64,000 nucleotides of DNA, from assembly GCA_963693365.1 (NCBI GenBank), contig CAVNZM010000006.1:8559355-8623354 (forward strand), written 5' to 3'. This document shows, in pieces, positions 61,201-64,000 of the stretch. The notes under the pieces were generated by a model. The model was not told where the DNA came from and made no database searches. It saw only the letters and a program-made list of their open reading frames with translations. The DNA is from Amoebidium appalachense. Its lineage: Eukaryota; Protista; Ichthyosporea. Position numbers and translations under genes: made by a program. Numbering within the stretch: the first letter of the stretch is position 1; each line of letters begins with the position of its first letter.

Positions 61201-61708
61201 CCAAATATAGTAACTTACATTCCTTTCCCATTCCTTCAACTCACGACGGAGCATTGTGCTATGTTCTCCAACTATTAGGAATAATTATATTTAGACGTGT
61301 TATGATAAGAACATGTATAAATGTATGATGTGAACTAATAGTTACATAAGTGGTTTCATTTTGTTAAATGTTTCCGTGCTTTTATTAGAAGTTTCTTTCA
61401 TTAGAGGATTGCATTTTATATTCTATGTGTCGACAGACATTTCGATCGATATATTTTACACTCATAGTTTTCGTCTTTTTGATTGGAAAATAGAGTTTTC
61501 GTTCTTTTGATTGGTTTATCGTTTTCACATTCCCAAGTATAAAAGGGACTTCATCTTGGAATAAATATAAAGCAGTCGTATTCATTTCCTATGGTTCCAG
61601 AAATCGTTCCACCTCTCCGGTTGTGTTTCTCCCGTGTGTCTCTGTGTTGTGTATAACATAACACCCATCTGTGCTCTCTGCTTCTCCGTTTACCCACACA
61701 AAACAACA
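55876..61708 (+). mobile_element. Copia-1B: 3' half of a second Copia-1 copy (RT-RNase H, 3' UTR, LTR 60971-61708)
   Basis: Highly similar to Copia-1A 46858-48880, with frameshifts. Interrupted at 57500-59877. PPT GAGTGGGGA precedes 60971. Confidence 0.92.
57500..59877. mobile_element. Non-autonomous CACTG...CAGTG DNA transposon (CMC/EnSpm-Chapaev-like)
   Basis: Splits the Copia-1B RNase H at CCCATCACATGG. Left end CACTGCAAACCCCTGCATTAGAAAAT vs reverse complement of right end CACTGCCAGTCCCGCTATAGGAAAGT. Flanks TCAT/TCAC give an imperfect 3-4 bp TSD. No transposase seen. Confidence 0.8.
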
Positions 61709-62690
61709 CTGTTGGTGTCCAGCAAACGTGCCAGTGCTCAAGCGTAACAGGATTCAGCACTATGTGGGAGCGGATGGCTACGAGCGCCCGTTCAAATGCC
61801 GTGAACACACTCACAGTATCAAGCTCGTGTGCGTGCATTTTGGGGGCAAGGCGAAGTGACGTGTTCTCAAGAACGTCTTGCACACACTCCAGCCATGCGT
61901 CTAACGAGTGCGTGTCCCCTGTTTGTTTCACTTTCCTCACAAAGTCGTATGCGCCAACCTCGCCACACCCACTAGTTTCAAATAATCACAACCACCAACA
62001 ATGCCAAAAAGAAGCAAATCGTCCATATTCCAGCCTGAGAAATCATATTGTTTATTTTGTATGTGTGTACTTTAAAAATGTCGTGAGGGTGATCGACAAG
62101 GTAGCATTGAAAACGAGTGAGGTCTTTTTTGGTCGACCTTGCCCCGCGACAGACCACCGATGAGTATGGGTGAGGATGTATATGCAAGCAAATCACTGTC
62201 GTCCACCGCTATTACGTCAATTATCTTATTCTGCCCCATGAACGCGAGCTGTGCGTCCGCCTCGTAAGGGGCCACCACCTTCTCTATACCCTCCGCTTGG
62301 CATGTTGCCAACGCCACTCGTGCCATAGACCAGACGACAAAGTGGGACTGTTTAAACTGGCTGTCAACCCGCTCCTGTATTTTCTGACTCTCCTCCGACG
62401 AAGTGGCGTGACAAAGGGTGCCCAGAAGTCGTTTCCCTTCATTATACGTGTTTTCGCACGCTTTTAACCGGTTGCTTTTCTCTGTTTGTTTGGCAGGCAT
62501 GAGCTACCCATCAAAGACAAAAACAGGGGTAGCTCCCAGTCCATGTTGCCAGAAGTGTATTTCTTTTTTGAACTTGTCGGTTATCTTTTCCACTATTGCT
62601 TTTGGTAACACTATTGTGTGTGGGCTGTCAGATGTGTGCAATAACATAGCTAGTTCATGGCTTTCTGTTGTAATACGTAGTATTTACATA
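61709..62690 (-). pseudogene. Intronless Exo1-like (XPG/Rad2 family) 5' nuclease fragment
   Basis: PVFVFDG*LMPAK (in-frame stop), VAPYEADAQLA, DDSDLL, H3TH motif GGCDYL and FERA...VLNP. Frameshifted and bounded by LTRs on both sides. Confidence 0.85.
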
Positions 62691-64000
62691 TGGTAAGATC
62701 TTCTCAGTTTGTGTTATGTTTCAGTTCATATGCTTAGTGTAAAAGCTACACTCCTATTACGTAAAGTGTAGCATCGATCTCCGATATTCTTGTATACTTG
62801 TAATCGTCTTGTATCGGCTTTAATCGTGTGTTGTAATATCGATTAGAATATTTATATGTGTGTACACGGATCCACCCACTCAGGGAGAGACGTGTACATG
62901 TTCGTGTGTACATAAATATCTCTGGTTATAGTTATGCTATTGCTATCTTGTTTGTTGATCTGTGCTCTCTTTTCCTTCCTCTTTCTCCTTCCTCATTTTC
63001 TTTTCTTTCTCTCTTTGTCTTCATGTGTATAATCGTATTTCTTTTTTACTAATATATGTTAGGTAGATTTGTGTTACTTAATACGTGTTCATTGGACGGT
63101 AACACACTTAGGCTACACTTAGAATAGCATGTGTGTTTAGACTTCATTAATTTACTTTAGTTTTCATGAGTTGCCGGGCTTTAACCAATCATCAAGGTTA
63201 AGTGTGATATGTCTGAGTCTTTGCAGTATGTCATAGGTTAGAACTTCCTTGATGATGACACAAGTTGACCTTAACTAGTGTCTGTGTCCTATCGTGTGCG
63301 TCTCCGCGTACCGGATCTCTCTGAAAGCAATTGGTTCTTAGTGATTGGTTTCTATTAGAGATAGATCTGATTTCCGACTGGTCGGAAATCATGTATGGAT
63401 TGGACTTAGAGGAATTTCAGGTATTTATTCGAAGATCAGAATAAATTCAGTTTAGTCGTGTCTAAACATTGATGTCTGTTGTGTACACTGCTCCGATCGT
63501 TCCGTGTTTTCTTGTTGTGTGTGTCTGTGGTGTTTTCACACTGCACCACTGTGTCTCTGCTTACATCCCAAATACTTATACAATTTAACAGGTTATGCAG
63601 CCCTTTTGCACGCTCCCTACACACATCTAGAACTAGCGCTCGTTTTTCAATCATGGATCCAAACAAAACTGGCGTAAACAAAATAACCATGTGGAAAGGT
63701 GAAGGGAAGACTGGTCCCGATAGCAAAACCACCTATTTTCAGTGGGAAATCATTTTTCTCGGCATGATGACCGGCACTAAAGGTGTCCGACTCGTGGATG
63801 TTGTACTTGCTGACAACTACGTCCCCCCTACCACCGTCGCGGTTGACGGTGAACCCCCCCTTCTACGGCTACGGCACTACCGCAGAACTCAAGGAGGCCC
63901 GCAATTGCCTCCTGCTCCATATGATTCAGAACATCGACCCTTCCGTCCTCACCACCGTTGCCCAGTACCGTATTGGCATGGACCCTGAACGGGCCATGTG
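62691..64000 (+). mobile_element. Copia-3 5' end: LTR (~62691-63590), PBS and gag start at 63653
   Basis: LTR ends TTAACA, followed by GGTTATGCAGCCC. The leader TTTGCACGCT...TTCAATCATG and gag segment TYFQWE parallel Copia-1 (NYFEWE). The LTR 5' boundary is approximate. Confidence 0.75.

Overview
Eukaryotic genomic DNA with GT-AG introns packed with poly-C/poly-G and (CA)n/(CT)n tracts. A unicellular opisthokont is plausible, but that is inference only. The left half (1-31.6 kb) holds host genes: the last two exons of a cAMP-receptor-like GPCR, an intronless 201-aa orphan, a 4-exon NSDHL/3beta-HSD-like SDR, a 3-exon mitochondrial ATPase inhibitor IF1 and an 8-exon double-MYND MSS51/ZMYND15-like gene. 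It also has a decayed full-length APE-RT LINE, a TTAA-flanked MITE and an intronic poly-C-tailed dispersed repeat. The right half (32-64 kb) is a nest of mobile elements: three Copia families (one intact), a solo LTR, a Gypsy-like gag stub, a CACTG-ended non-autonomous DNA element, an intronless Exo1-like pseudogene and two tyrosine-recombinase (YR) elements. Three signals stand out. (1) An RT-less YR element has split direct repeats, and its empty site can be rebuilt in silico as a LINE 3' end. (2) A Ngaro/DIRS-type retroelement is flanked by a ~248-bp target duplication. (3) One Copia family almost lacks CGC/GCG trinucleotides despite abundant CpG. Most ORF-track entries are microsatellite artefacts. 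Homopolymer lengths, and frameshifts at homopolymers, may be sequencing errors. All alignments and counts were made by eye.
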